Source: Deltaproteobacteria bacterium
Lineage (GTDB): Bacteria; Desulfobacterota; Syntrophia; Syntrophales; UBA2210
DNA: 64,000 nt
Direction: 5' to 3'
Assembly (NCBI GenBank): GCA_026388515.1
Contig: JAPLJO010000040.1
Location: 1,825-65,824, forward strand
A model generated the notes under the pieces. The model worked only from the letters and a program-made list of their open reading frames with translations, was not told the origin of the DNA and did no database searches. Positions 7,406 through 15,446 of the stretch are shown piece by piece (the first letter of the stretch is position 1; every line of letters begins with the position of its first letter). The position numbers were made by a program, and so were the translations under genes.

Positions 7406-9613
7406 ATGATTATAGCGAATCAAAATGAAATTGCCCGCTTGCTATCAACAATATTTCCCCCGGATTCTTCGGAGAAATTTGCCGAGTCATTATTGGGCGA
7501 AATAGCTCCTCATGCAGAAAAGATGAATCTTCGTGAAAGAGACATTCTCATCCGTCAGGGTGATTCGAGTTTTTCAATTTATTATGTGATGAATGGGCGC
7601 TTTCATGTAATGACAGAACAGCCTGACGGAAGTACAACAGTAGTGGCAGAAATTGGACCGGGGGAACCAATCGGTGAGATACAGGCGCTGACAGGGGGCG
7701 TCCATACCGCGAATGTTCAAGCTGCCACTGATTCCACGGTAATCAAGCTGTCACAAAGAGCTGTTGAAATCATTATGGAGAAGGCGCCTGAGACTGTACA
7801 CCGACTATTGAAAACTGCCCGCATGCGCCTTCTGCGCAGCCAGTTGGCAATTTTGCTGCCCTCACTATTCGATTCACTCGATGACGAAGCGCTCCGGGAT
7901 ATACAGGGTAAGGTTCAATGGCATCATCTGCGCAGTGGGGAGATGCTTTTCCGCGAAGGCGACCCAGGCGACAGACTCTATATCGTAATACTCGGGCGCC
8001 TGCGGGTAACTCTCGAGGATAGCAAAGGAGAAAAAATAATAAATGAGGTGGCACGGGGAGAGATTATCGGTGAAATGGCGCTTTTCTCGTCCGAGCCGCG
8101 TTCCGCAACGGTGTATGCCGTGCGCGATTGTGACCTTGTCAGTATCTCACAGCCGGCGTTTGATGAGATTATAAAAAAATATCCCCAGGTGATGAGGACG
8201 ATAACCAAAGTACTCATCAACCGGCTTGCGAGGAGGAATCGTGAGGTGCCGAGTAAAGGCAGTGTCACAAATATTACGGTCATTCCCGCGAGCTACAATG
8301 CACCTGTCCATGAGTTTTCCGTCAGATTGTCAAAGGCACTCTCACTCCACGGCAAAGTTCTTCATATAACCGGCAGACTTGTCTGTGATAAATTCGGCAC
8401 TTCCCTGCTTCGAGATCCAGTGCCAAAGGAAACGTTGCAGGTAAAACTCGCGGCGTGGCTGGATGAGCAGGAGACAAAATATCCTTTCATCATTTACGAA
8501 GCCGACCCATCTTTATCACCGTGGACGCTGTGTTGTCTAAGCCAGGCGGATCAGATTCTGGCACTGGCACAAGCTTCGGACACGCCCGGATATGGTCCTG
8601 TGGCTTCATCGGTGCTTCCTTCGGTCACTCGCGCAACATGTTCAATGGTGATCCTCCATCCAGAGAGCGAAACGCTCCCATCCAATACCGGTGAATGGTT
8701 GAGGTCCTGGAATGCCGTGGACCATCAGCATGTCCACTGGGACATTACTTCTGATATCGAGCGCGTAGCACGTTACATTACGAACACATCAATGGGCCTT
8801 GTCCTTAGTGGTGGCGGGGCGCGGGGATTTGCTCACATCGGTGTGATTCGCGCCCTTAGAGAAGGAGGTATCCCTATTGATATGATCGGCGGAACGAGTA
8901 TGGGTGCTGTGATTGCAAGCGCCTATGCCTTGGGATGGGACGATCAGAAAATATATGATGAGACAAAAAACATTTTTTTTATAAATAATCCACTCAGTGA
9001 TTACACGTTTCCAATCGTATCTTTTTTCCGATGCCGCAATCTTGATAGAGTGCTTGAAAATAGTTACGGCGATACCTGCATAGAAGATCTCTGGATACGC
9101 TACTTCTGCATATCAACCAATCTCTCAATCGCCGAGATTGAAATACATGATCGTGGTTCATTGTGGAAGGCCGTACGCGCAAGCATCTCATACCCCGGTA
9201 TTGCCGTCCCTGTGGTGAAAGGCAACCATTTGTTGATTGACGGTGGTGTACTCAATAACCTTCCTATTGATATCATGAAAAAGCGCTGCAGGGGATCGGT
9301 TATTGCAGTAGATGTGAGCATCGAAGAAGACCTTACCGTAAATTATCCGGAAGTTCCCTCACCATGGAGAATGCTCTGGGACCGCGTTTCTCCGGTTAAG
9401 AAATACAGTAAATTTCCCAACATTCTGGATATTCTCACACGAACGGCAGAATTAAGCTGCATCAACAGGAAACAACAAACAATAGTGGACGCTGACTTAT
9501 ATCTGCGCCCTCCGGTTGATAATTTCAAGCTCCTGGATTTTAAATCGTTCGATAAGCTCGTTGATATCGGCTACGCCTACGCAAAAGAGGAAATAAAGAA
9601 GTGGGATAATTAA
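7406..9613 (+). CDS. Patatin-like phospholipase with two N-terminal cyclic-nucleotide-binding domains (NTE/PNPLA6-like architecture)
   Basis: CNB cassettes: GEPIGEIQALTGGVHTANVQA and GEIIGEMALFSSEPRSATVYA. Patatin motifs: SGGGARGFAHIGV (oxyanion), GTSMGA (GxSxG) and IDGGVLNNLP (catalytic Asp). AGGAGA RBS is present. Confidence 0.9.
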   Translation: MIIANQNEIARLLSTIFPPDSSEKFAESLLGEIAPHAEKMNLRERDILIRQGDSSFSIYYVMNGRFHVMTEQPDGSTTVVAEIGPGEPIGEIQALTGGVHTANVQAATDSTVIKLSQRAVEIIMEKAPETVHRLLKTARMRLLRSQLAILLPSLFDSLDDEALRDIQGKVQWHHLRSGEMLFREGDPGDRLYIVILGRLRVTLEDSKGEKIINEVARGEIIGEMALFSSEPRSATVYAVRDCDLVSISQPAFDEIIKKYPQVMRTITKVLINRLARRNREVPSKGSVTNITVIPASYNAPVHEFSVRLSKALSLHGKVLHITGRLVCDKFGTSLLRDPVPKETLQVKLAAWLDEQETKYPFIIYEADPSLSPWTLCCLSQADQILALAQASDTPGYGPVASSVLPSVTRATCSMVILHPESETLPSNTGEWLRSWNAVDHQHVHWDITSDIERVARYITNTSMGLVLSGGGARGFAHIGVIRALREGGIPIDMIGGTSMGAVIASAYALGWDDQKIYDETKNIFFINNPLSDYTFPIVSFFRCRNLDRVLENSYGDTCIEDLWIRYFCISTNLSIAEIEIHDRGSLWKAVRASISYPGIAVPVVKGNHLLIDGGVLNNLPIDIMKKRCRGSVIAVDVSIEEDLTVNYPEVPSPWRMLWDRVSPVKKYSKFPNILDILTRTAELSCINRKQQTIVDADLYLRPPVDNFKLLDFKSFDKLVDIGYAYAKEEIKKWDN

Positions 9614-9717
9614 ATGCAGGACACCGTAAAATACTGAATTGATAGAAGTGACATGAGCACGCAGTAGGTCATCCTGAAAATTCTTCTTATTTTGAATCAC
9701 GTCAGGAGATATTGAAA

Positions 9718-10359
9718 ATGCATCATGATGCAGACGCACGGTATGGGACGATTCCGGTGAAAGACAAGGTAGAATTTCTCACGGGCGTGTACGACAGGAT
9801 GACTGCGCTCAACACCAATGCCGATACCAAGGCGGGTGTCATGCTTACCTTCCACAGTATCTGGGCCATCTGCTTCGGCCCGAACGTTACGAAATTGATT
9901 ATCCAGCTTCCCGCACCACCGCTCAAAATGACTCTGTGGGTGGTGTCGTTTCTGTTAACTTGTGCCCTGTTTATCGCATTCATCCGTTCAGCATATTAGG
10001 CTGTCCTGATACTCCTGCCCAGGATTGATGCTCAAAAAGGTGAGGAACCAGCGAAACGGAGCCTCGTCTTTTTTGTCGATGTTGTTAAAATAGCAGGGAC
10101 CAATGTCGCCGAGAAATCAGCAAATTACAAAAAGCAGCTTGACAGAACAAGCTATGAGGACCTTGTCGATGACCTTGTGTATCGAATCAACGATATCGCC
10201 AATGTAGTGAATCAGAAATATGAGTGCACGAAAAAGGCAATAAAGCTCTCGCTATACACGTTTCTCCTGTGGGCAATCTCTCTTTTCTCAGTGATTATTA
10301 TGAACATGTTCTGGAGTGGGGGATACATTCATGCAATGCCCGAAATGCCAATTCGATAA
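9718..10359 (+). pseudogene. DUF5706/PycTM-like (Pycsar-effector-type) multi-TM protein interrupted by a single in-frame TAG at 9997-9999
   Basis: Track ORFs 9712-9999 and 10177-10359 are in the same frame, and the 177 nt between them has no other stop. The joined product has NADTKAGVML, ..LLPRID..SLVFFVDVV.. and DLVYRINDIANVVNQKYECTKKA, which match my recollection of the DUF5706/PycTM pattern. Confidence 0.55.
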
Positions 10360-10414
10360 TCCTGATGGACTTAACTTCTGCGGTCAATGTGGTTGCCAGT
10401 TAGAACAAACATGA
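10331..10414 (+). pseudogene. 27-codon zinc-ribbon stub, likely the truncated N-terminus of a larger zinc-ribbon protein
   Basis: MQCPKCQFDNPDGLNFCGQCGCQLEQT* parallels the cyclase N-terminus MQCPTCKTKNPTKKKFCGKCGAKL. It stops after one ribbon and overlaps the upstream gene end by 29 nt. Confidence 0.35.
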
Positions 10415-10534
10415 GTTGATACCGAAATTCAGTAAATGGTTAGTGAATTTATAAATAGTTAATAGGGAATGTCTTCGCGAAGGATGAGAAGAAACAGGAC
10501 AATACCCTTGTAAAGCCCGCGTCGGTTGGGGTTC

Positions 10535-10963
10535 TTACATGTGGTAGAGTTCGCTGCCGAGAATTCGAATCCAGTTGTTCTTCAGTACTTTCAGTGCCTG
10601 TTCCACAGGCTCCACGCCCAGAATCAGCACGGTGATTTCACCGGTCCCGATGCAGGGATATATGTAATCAACATTGATAGTGGCTTTCTTGAGCGGTTTG
10701 AGTACGGCGTTCAGTCCGCCGGGATGGTGCGGTACCACGCAGGCAATGACATCTTTTACATCAATGGCGTATCCCGCGGTCTTCATCACGTTGATTGCTT
10801 TTTCAGGGTCATTGGCGACAAAGTGCAGCTTTCCTTCTTTGCCCTGTGCGGTGAAGTAAAACGCGATGATATTAATCCCGTTGGTCCCTAAAAGGTCGCT
10901 GACACTCGACAGTGTACCGGGTTCGTTTTTCAGGGAATGGTCAATCTGTTTGACGGTTTTCAT
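10535..10963 (-). CDS. ACT-domain (small-molecule-binding) protein, tandem ACT
   Basis: Two repeats of the ACT-like pattern (LKNEPGTLSSVSDLLGTNGINI.. and PHHPGGLNAVLKPLKKATINV..). AAGGAG RBS is present. It is last in the oxidoreductase operon. Confidence 0.7.
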   Translation of the reverse strand: MKTVKQIDHSLKNEPGTLSSVSDLLGTNGINIIAFYFTAQGKEGKLHFVANDPEKAINVMKTAGYAIDVKDVIACVVPHHPGGLNAVLKPLKKATINVDYIYPCIGTGEITVLILGVEPVEQALKVLKNNWIRILGSELYHM

Positions 10964-10965
10964 CT

Positions 10966-11514
10966 TTACGCTCCTTTAATCACAAGCTCGGCACCGAGAG
11001 TGAGGCTCTTTTCGTTGATGGCCATTATGTCGGATTTTTTGCCTTTGAAAATTTCATGAAGAGCCTTCACGATTGATTCAATTGATGTCATTTTGGTGGC
11101 GGCGATAAATCCTCCGAGCATGATGATGTTGACGGAACGGTCATCGTTGAAATGTTTCTTCGCCAGTTCGTTCGCCGGTACACGATATACGGTGATGTCA
11201 TCGCGCGATGTTTTACGGTCGACGAGACTGGAGTTCAGCACAATCAGCCCACCTCTCGTGAGGGCACTCTCAAATTTGATAAGCGAGGGATTGTTCAATA
11301 TGACCGCATGGTCGGGGGACGATGCGACGGGCGAGAAGATTTCTTCATCGGAAACGGCGATCGTGCAGTTCGCGGTACCTCCCCGCATTTCCGCGCCGTA
11401 TGACGGAAGATAGGTCACTTCCTTGCCTTCCCTCATCGCCGCCACGGCGTACAGGTACCCCATCATGAGTACACCCTGGCCACCGAATCCTGCGAAGACG
11501 GTTTTTTTCAACAT
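10966..11514 (-). CDS. 2-oxoacid:ferredoxin oxidoreductase, gamma subunit
   Basis: FAGFGGQGVLMMG..LPSYGAEMRGG is typical of POR/KOR gamma subunits. The operon order delta-alpha-beta-gamma resembles OorDABC/KorDABG. Confidence 0.85.
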   Translation of the reverse strand: MLKKTVFAGFGGQGVLMMGYLYAVAAMREGKEVTYLPSYGAEMRGGTANCTIAVSDEEIFSPVASSPDHAVILNNPSLIKFESALTRGGLIVLNSSLVDRKTSRDDITVYRVPANELAKKHFNDDRSVNIIMLGGFIAATKMTSIESIVKALHEIFKGKKSDIMAINEKSLTLGAELVIKGA

Positions 11515-11525
11515 GGCTAAACGAC

Positions 11526-12281
11526 CTATTGTATCTTATCTCCCACAGTGTCCTTGATGACTTTGAGGGGGTATGTTTTCGTAATGGTTTCCTCTATCCA
11601 TTTACAGGAATCGACGGTGTTCATCTTCCAGTTCGTAGGGCAGGGCGAGAGTACCTCGACAAGGGAAAAACCAAGACCCGCCATCTGGATTTTAAATGCT
11701 CTGGTGATGGCTCGTTTCGTCTTCCTGATGTTTGCCGGGCTGTTCACCGTCGTCCGTTCAATGTAGACGCTCCCTTTTGTGAGGGCAAGCATCTCGCTCA
11801 GGTCAATGGGAGCTCCGTCCCGTGCGTAATCGCGTCCGCCGGGTGTGGTTGAAGAGTTCTGGCCGATGAGCGTCGTCGGCGCCATCTGTCCCCCCGTCAT
11901 TCCGTAGCAGCCGTTGTTCACAAAAATGGTGGTGATGTTTTCACCGCGATTTGCCGCGTGAATCGTCTCCGCGGTACCGATCGCCGCGATATCGCCGTCA
12001 CCCTGGTAGGTGAAAACCACTCTGTCGGGCAGAGACCGTTTGATGCCCGTTGCCACGGCGGCACATCTCCCGTGGGGTGATTCTCCCATATCGATGTCGA
12101 GATAATCGTAGGCAAGCACCGCACAGCCGGCGGGAGGCACTCCCACCACCTTGTGGGCAATGTCAAGTTCTTCTATGATTTCCGCAATCAGGCGGTGCAG
12201 GATGCTGTGGCCGCACCCCGGGCAGTAGTGAAACACGGCTTTTTTCAGTAATTTCGGTCGCTCAAAAACCTTTTTCTCCAT
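11526..12281 (-). CDS. 2-oxoacid:ferredoxin oxidoreductase, beta (TPP-binding) subunit
   Basis: It has the CPGCGH motif, the GDGD..AIG TPP-binding motif and VNNGCYGMTGGQ. Confidence 0.9.
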   Translation of the reverse strand: MEKKVFERPKLLKKAVFHYCPGCGHSILHRLIAEIIEELDIAHKVVGVPPAGCAVLAYDYLDIDMGESPHGRCAAVATGIKRSLPDRVVFTYQGDGDIAAIGTAETIHAANRGENITTIFVNNGCYGMTGGQMAPTTLIGQNSSTTPGGRDYARDGAPIDLSEMLALTKGSVYIERTTVNSPANIRKTKRAITRAFKIQMAGLGFSLVEVLSPCPTNWKMNTVDSCKWIEETITKTYPLKVIKDTVGDKIQ

Positions 12282-13364
12282 CTATTGTTCCTCTTCAAGG
12301 TTCTGGCGGTAGTAGAGGCTGCTGATCACCTTCGATATTTCATCGGGGGTGGAAATAATGCCGCCCGGCCGCCCGTAAAAATGCACCTTGCTTCTTCCTT
12401 CGAGAGAGAGCTTCACATCTTCAACCATTTGACCTGTACTCATTTCGAACACGAGAAAATGCTTTACAATCCTGCTCAATTCAACAATGGCGCCCTTGGG
12501 GAAAGGATAGAGTGAAATGGGGCGCAGGAGGCCCACCTTCAATCCCATTTCGCGCACTCTCTTTATGGCCCCCTTGGCGATTCGTGCCGCCGTGCCGTAG
12601 GCGATGACCACGAGGTTGGCGTCGTTCGTCAGATAGCTTTCATGCAGGATAAGGTCTCTGGTGATGCTTTCGTATTTTCGTTGCAGCTTCCAGTTGTGTT
12701 CTTCCATGTCGCGGGTATCGAGGATGAGCGACTTTATGAACCGGCTCGGACGCTGCGAGGCGCCATTGAGGATGTATGATTTTGGAGGTAGTGAGCGGGG
12801 ATCGATGGGTTCAGGGAGTATCACCGGTTCCATCATCTGGCCCATCATGCCATCGATGAGAATGATGACGGGAGATCGGTACCGGTCGGCACACTCGAAG
12901 GCTTTTACCGTCAGATCCGCCTGTTCCTGCCCTGAGGCGGGTGCCAGCACGATTGAATGGTAATCACCATGGCCGCCGCCTTTTGTCGCCTGAAAATAGT
13001 CGCCCTGGGCGGGAGCGATGTTGCCGAGACCCGGTCCGCCTCTCATTGTATTGATGATGACTGCGGGCAGTTCTGATGCCGCAAGGAATGAGATGCCTTC
13101 CTGTTTAAGGCTGAGACCGGGGCTTGAAGAACTCGTCATGGCACGGGCGCCCGTCATGGCGGCACCGAGTACCATGTTGATCGCGGCGATCTCGCTTTCC
13201 GCCTGGATAAACGTGGCGTCGCTTACTTTTGCCATGGCGCCCGCCATGTACTCGGTCAATTCATTCTGCGGTGTGATGGGATACCCCGCGTAGAAACGGC
13301 AGCCGGCACGGATTGCAGACTCGGCGATCACGTGGCTCCCACGCATCAACATCTTTTCACTCAC
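12282..13364 (-). CDS. 2-oxoacid:ferredoxin oxidoreductase, alpha subunit
   Basis: The N-terminus LMRGSHVIAESAIRAGCRFYAGYPITPQNE is typical of alpha subunits. It abuts the beta gene with no gap. Confidence 0.9.
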   Translation of the reverse strand: MSEKMLMRGSHVIAESAIRAGCRFYAGYPITPQNELTEYMAGAMAKVSDATFIQAESEIAAINMVLGAAMTGARAMTSSSSPGLSLKQEGISFLAASELPAVIINTMRGGPGLGNIAPAQGDYFQATKGGGHGDYHSIVLAPASGQEQADLTVKAFECADRYRSPVIILIDGMMGQMMEPVILPEPIDPRSLPPKSYILNGASQRPSRFIKSLILDTRDMEEHNWKLQRKYESITRDLILHESYLTNDANLVVIAYGTAARIAKGAIKRVREMGLKVGLLRPISLYPFPKGAIVELSRIVKHFLVFEMSTGQMVEDVKLSLEGRSKVHFYGRPGGIISTPDEISKVISSLYYRQNLEEEQ

Positions 13365-13596
13365 GGTAAACCTCTATCGCGACGTCGGGACATACCAGCG
13401 CGCAGAGCGCGCATCCGGAGCACGGTTTCCCCTCAGCGGGAGAATTTATGAATACGGCCGGATGATAGCCTTTTTCATTTAGATGCTCCGATATGACAAT
13501 AAGTTTGTTCGGACATACCGAAATACACAGGTAGCAGCCCTTGCAGACTTCACTGTCAATTACTATTCGTCCTGTTTTTGATTTTGTTGTCGTCAT
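13357..13596 (-). CDS. 2-oxoacid:ferredoxin oxidoreductase, delta subunit (2x[4Fe-4S] ferredoxin-like)
   Basis: Two cluster motifs, CKGCYLCISVCP and CSGCALCALVCP. It overlaps the alpha gene start by 8 nt. Confidence 0.85.
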   Translation of the reverse strand: MTTTKSKTGRIVIDSEVCKGCYLCISVCPNKLIVISEHLNEKGYHPAVFINSPAEGKPCSGCALCALVCPDVAIEVYRE

Positions 13597-13660
13597 ATCT
13601 CGCTGCGAATACGGACGGTATAATCATGTTTTGAAGGCCGCCGTAATTTGTAAGCTTGAG

Positions 13661-13689
13661 TGATTATGTCTTGTTTTAATATTTGTCAA
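13661..13689 (-). promoter_or_regulatory. Putative sigma70-type promoter for the oxidoreductase operon
   Basis: The minus strand reads TTGACA, a 17-nt spacer, then TAATCA, about 65 nt upstream of the delta-subunit start. Confidence 0.3.
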
Positions 13690-13730
13690 GTATTTTCATT
13701 TGATTAATAATCTTACGACGAACAAATAGG

Positions 13731-13759
13731 TTGACCCTTCAGTGATTAGTGTGTAATTT
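13731..13759 (+). promoter_or_regulatory. Putative sigma70-type promoter for the 13816-17843 gene set
   Basis: TTGACC, a 17-nt spacer, then TAATTT. It is divergent from the oxidoreductase promoter. Confidence 0.3.
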
Positions 13760-13815
13760 TTTCGACAAGGCGGATATCGTATCCACGTGACACTATCCTG
13801 CAAAAAAAAGGAGGC

Positions 13816-14097
13816 ATGCTGATGAATTTCTTCAATTCCATGGAAATCACCATTCCACTTTCGCAGGTAGCGATGCTTCTGACATTCAGCACCATCGCGC
13901 TTCTTCTGGGCAGAAAGCGTCTCGCACTGATTGTCTGTTACATTTTTACGGTATACTGGGGTTCCATTGTCAAACTTGACACTTTGATGATGACTGCAAA
14001 GGGAACAATTCACTATGGCGCCGCCACTGCATACTATGCGTTCGGTTTCATAGTGCTGCTCCTTGCCTGCATAGGATTTATCAAAAACCCGGACTGA
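13816..14097 (+). CDS. Hypothetical small membrane protein (about 3 TM)
   Basis: Strong AAGGAGG RBS and hydrophobic segments. The overlapping minus-strand 167-aa ORF looks non-coding. Confidence 0.5.
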   Translation: MLMNFFNSMEITIPLSQVAMLLTFSTIALLLGRKRLALIVCYIFTVYWGSIVKLDTLMMTAKGTIHYGAATAYYAFGFIVLLLACIGFIKNPD

Positions 14098-14189
14098 GAA
14101 GAACAAATCAGGAATTGCTGAGATGATTGAAACCGGTACTTTTAAGGAAGTCACGCAGATAAAGATAAGTGGGGAACCGGGAGGTTGAC

Positions 14190-14420
14190 ATGGGAGCACG
14201 GATAACGGCTTTTATAGAAGCACAATGCACGAGATGCGGAGTCTGTCTCAATAAATGCCCGGTGCTGGCGTTGCCGCTCGATGAAGCAAAAGCTGAGTTC
14301 GAGCGGTTGCTCGACAGGCGAACGCCCTCCGCAGTGCTCTCACGGTGCAATTCCTGTATGTCCTGCAATCTCTATTGCCCCGAAAAGGCGAATCCTTATA
14401 ATCTGATCCTCGAACGATGA
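14190..14420 (+). CDS. 2x[4Fe-4S] ferredoxin-like module (N-terminal part of an HdrD/GlpC-type Fe-S protein), ending at an in-frame TGA
   Basis: CTRCGVCLNKCP and CNSCMSCNLYCP motifs, with a GGGAGG RBS before the ATG at 14190. It is in the same reading frame as the next ORF. Confidence 0.6.
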   Translation: MGARITAFIEAQCTRCGVCLNKCPVLALPLDEAKAEFERLLDRRTPSAVLSRCNSCMSCNLYCPEKANPYNLILER

Positions 14421-14429
14421 ACTGAATGG

Positions 14430-15428
14430 ATGAATGCCATCCCGGGCCCTGATGACAGAGTGCTTCTCATAGGCAACTATACCCATCTGTTTCCCTTTAT
14501 AATCGGCGGGAGTGCGCTTCTCGATCATTTCAAGCCCATTGACAGGATCGATCACTGGGAAGGCGGCGCCTATCTGTACCAGGGCGGATATCTCGATCTC
14601 GTCAGGAAAATAGCTCTCTCGACCAGGCGTGATTTCGATGAATGGGGCGCGAAGGAGGTGGTCTTTCTCACCGATGCAGTACACCATCTTTGCAGCTCGG
14701 TACATCCCCGTGAGATGGGAGTATCTCATGAAAGAACGTTCGTCACTCTTAATGAGTGGCTCGCCGGAGAGCTTCAAGCGGGGGCCATTACCTTGCCTGC
14801 GGCACCCCTCGGCATGAGGGTGACCGTGCACGATAATTGCTATTCCAAGGTACACGGCGGATTGTACTGGGATACTCCCCGGGAACTGCTTCAACGGTGC
14901 GGCTGCACGGTGGTCGAGATGCGCCACATAAAAAAGGATTCGCTCTGCTGCGGCTTCGGTGCGGGTGCGTCATGGGTCCGGAACATGTCAATGCCCTTTG
15001 ACATCATATCGGAAGGGGCAAAAAAGATACGCGAAGCGGAAGACACCGGTGCGGAGGCGCTTGTTTCCTATTGCAGCGGGTGCATCTATCTTTTATGGGC
15101 GGCGCGCGAGCTGACGGGAAGCAAGATAAAAATTTACCATCTCCTTGAAGTCGTCAGAATGGCGATGGGTGAAACAATCAACTACCCGGAGGACCACGTG
15201 CGAAGGGCCTGGGATGTCATCGCGATTATCACCTACCAGCTCGGCATCTCTCTCTTTCAGAAGAATTTCTTTATAAAAGAACTATCCTATGATAACAGCA
15301 AATCAACATTTTCGCCTGGAAACCGGAGGATCCTGAAATCAATTCGATGGATCCTCGGTCCGCTGGTAATGCGGGCTGTCTACGGACGTGTATTCAGGGC
15401 GATGATGCCTTTGATAAGGACCCGCTGA
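14430..15428 (+). CDS. CCG-domain (cysteine-rich, heterodisulfide-reductase D-like) protein, C-terminal part of the split Fe-S protein
   Basis: HDNCYSK...LCCGFGAG...YCSGC is a CCG-domain signature. It starts 9 nt after the TGA in the same frame, and no clear RBS is visible. Confidence 0.6.
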   Translation: MNAIPGPDDRVLLIGNYTHLFPFIIGGSALLDHFKPIDRIDHWEGGAYLYQGGYLDLVRKIALSTRRDFDEWGAKEVVFLTDAVHHLCSSVHPREMGVSHERTFVTLNEWLAGELQAGAITLPAAPLGMRVTVHDNCYSKVHGGLYWDTPRELLQRCGCTVVEMRHIKKDSLCCGFGAGASWVRNMSMPFDIISEGAKKIREAEDTGAEALVSYCSGCIYLLWAARELTGSKIKIYHLLEVVRMAMGETINYPEDHVRRAWDVIAIITYQLGISLFQKNFFIKELSYDNSKSTFSPGNRRILKSIRWILGPLVMRAVYGRVFRAMMPLIRTR

Positions 15429-15446
15429 TTTCGGGAGGCACAGGCG

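Noticed and set aside
9997-9999. In-frame TAG read as pyrrolysine
   Set aside because: TAG is used as an ordinary stop by several well-supported genes in the window (lysC, lon, mutL). No pyl genes or PYLIS-like context are visible.
1-10530. Idea that the accessory block is compositionally distinct (AT-rich island)
   Set aside because: My hand counts of sample lines gave about 47-50 percent G+C here, against 40-62 percent in core genes elsewhere in the window. I cannot support a compositional anomaly without a computed profile.
13696-14199. 167-aa minus-strand ORF overlapping the small membrane-protein gene
   Set aside because: It is Cys/Ser/Arg-rich with no RBS and no motifs. The plus-strand ORF has a strong AAGGAGG RBS and TM segments.
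14418-14420. In-frame TGA read as selenocysteine or as Trp (genetic code 4)
   Set aside because: TGA terminates many genes here, so code 4 is excluded. The position is not a Cys/redox motif, and only a weak 5-bp hairpin follows, so Sec is unlikely. I kept it as an open question in the findings.
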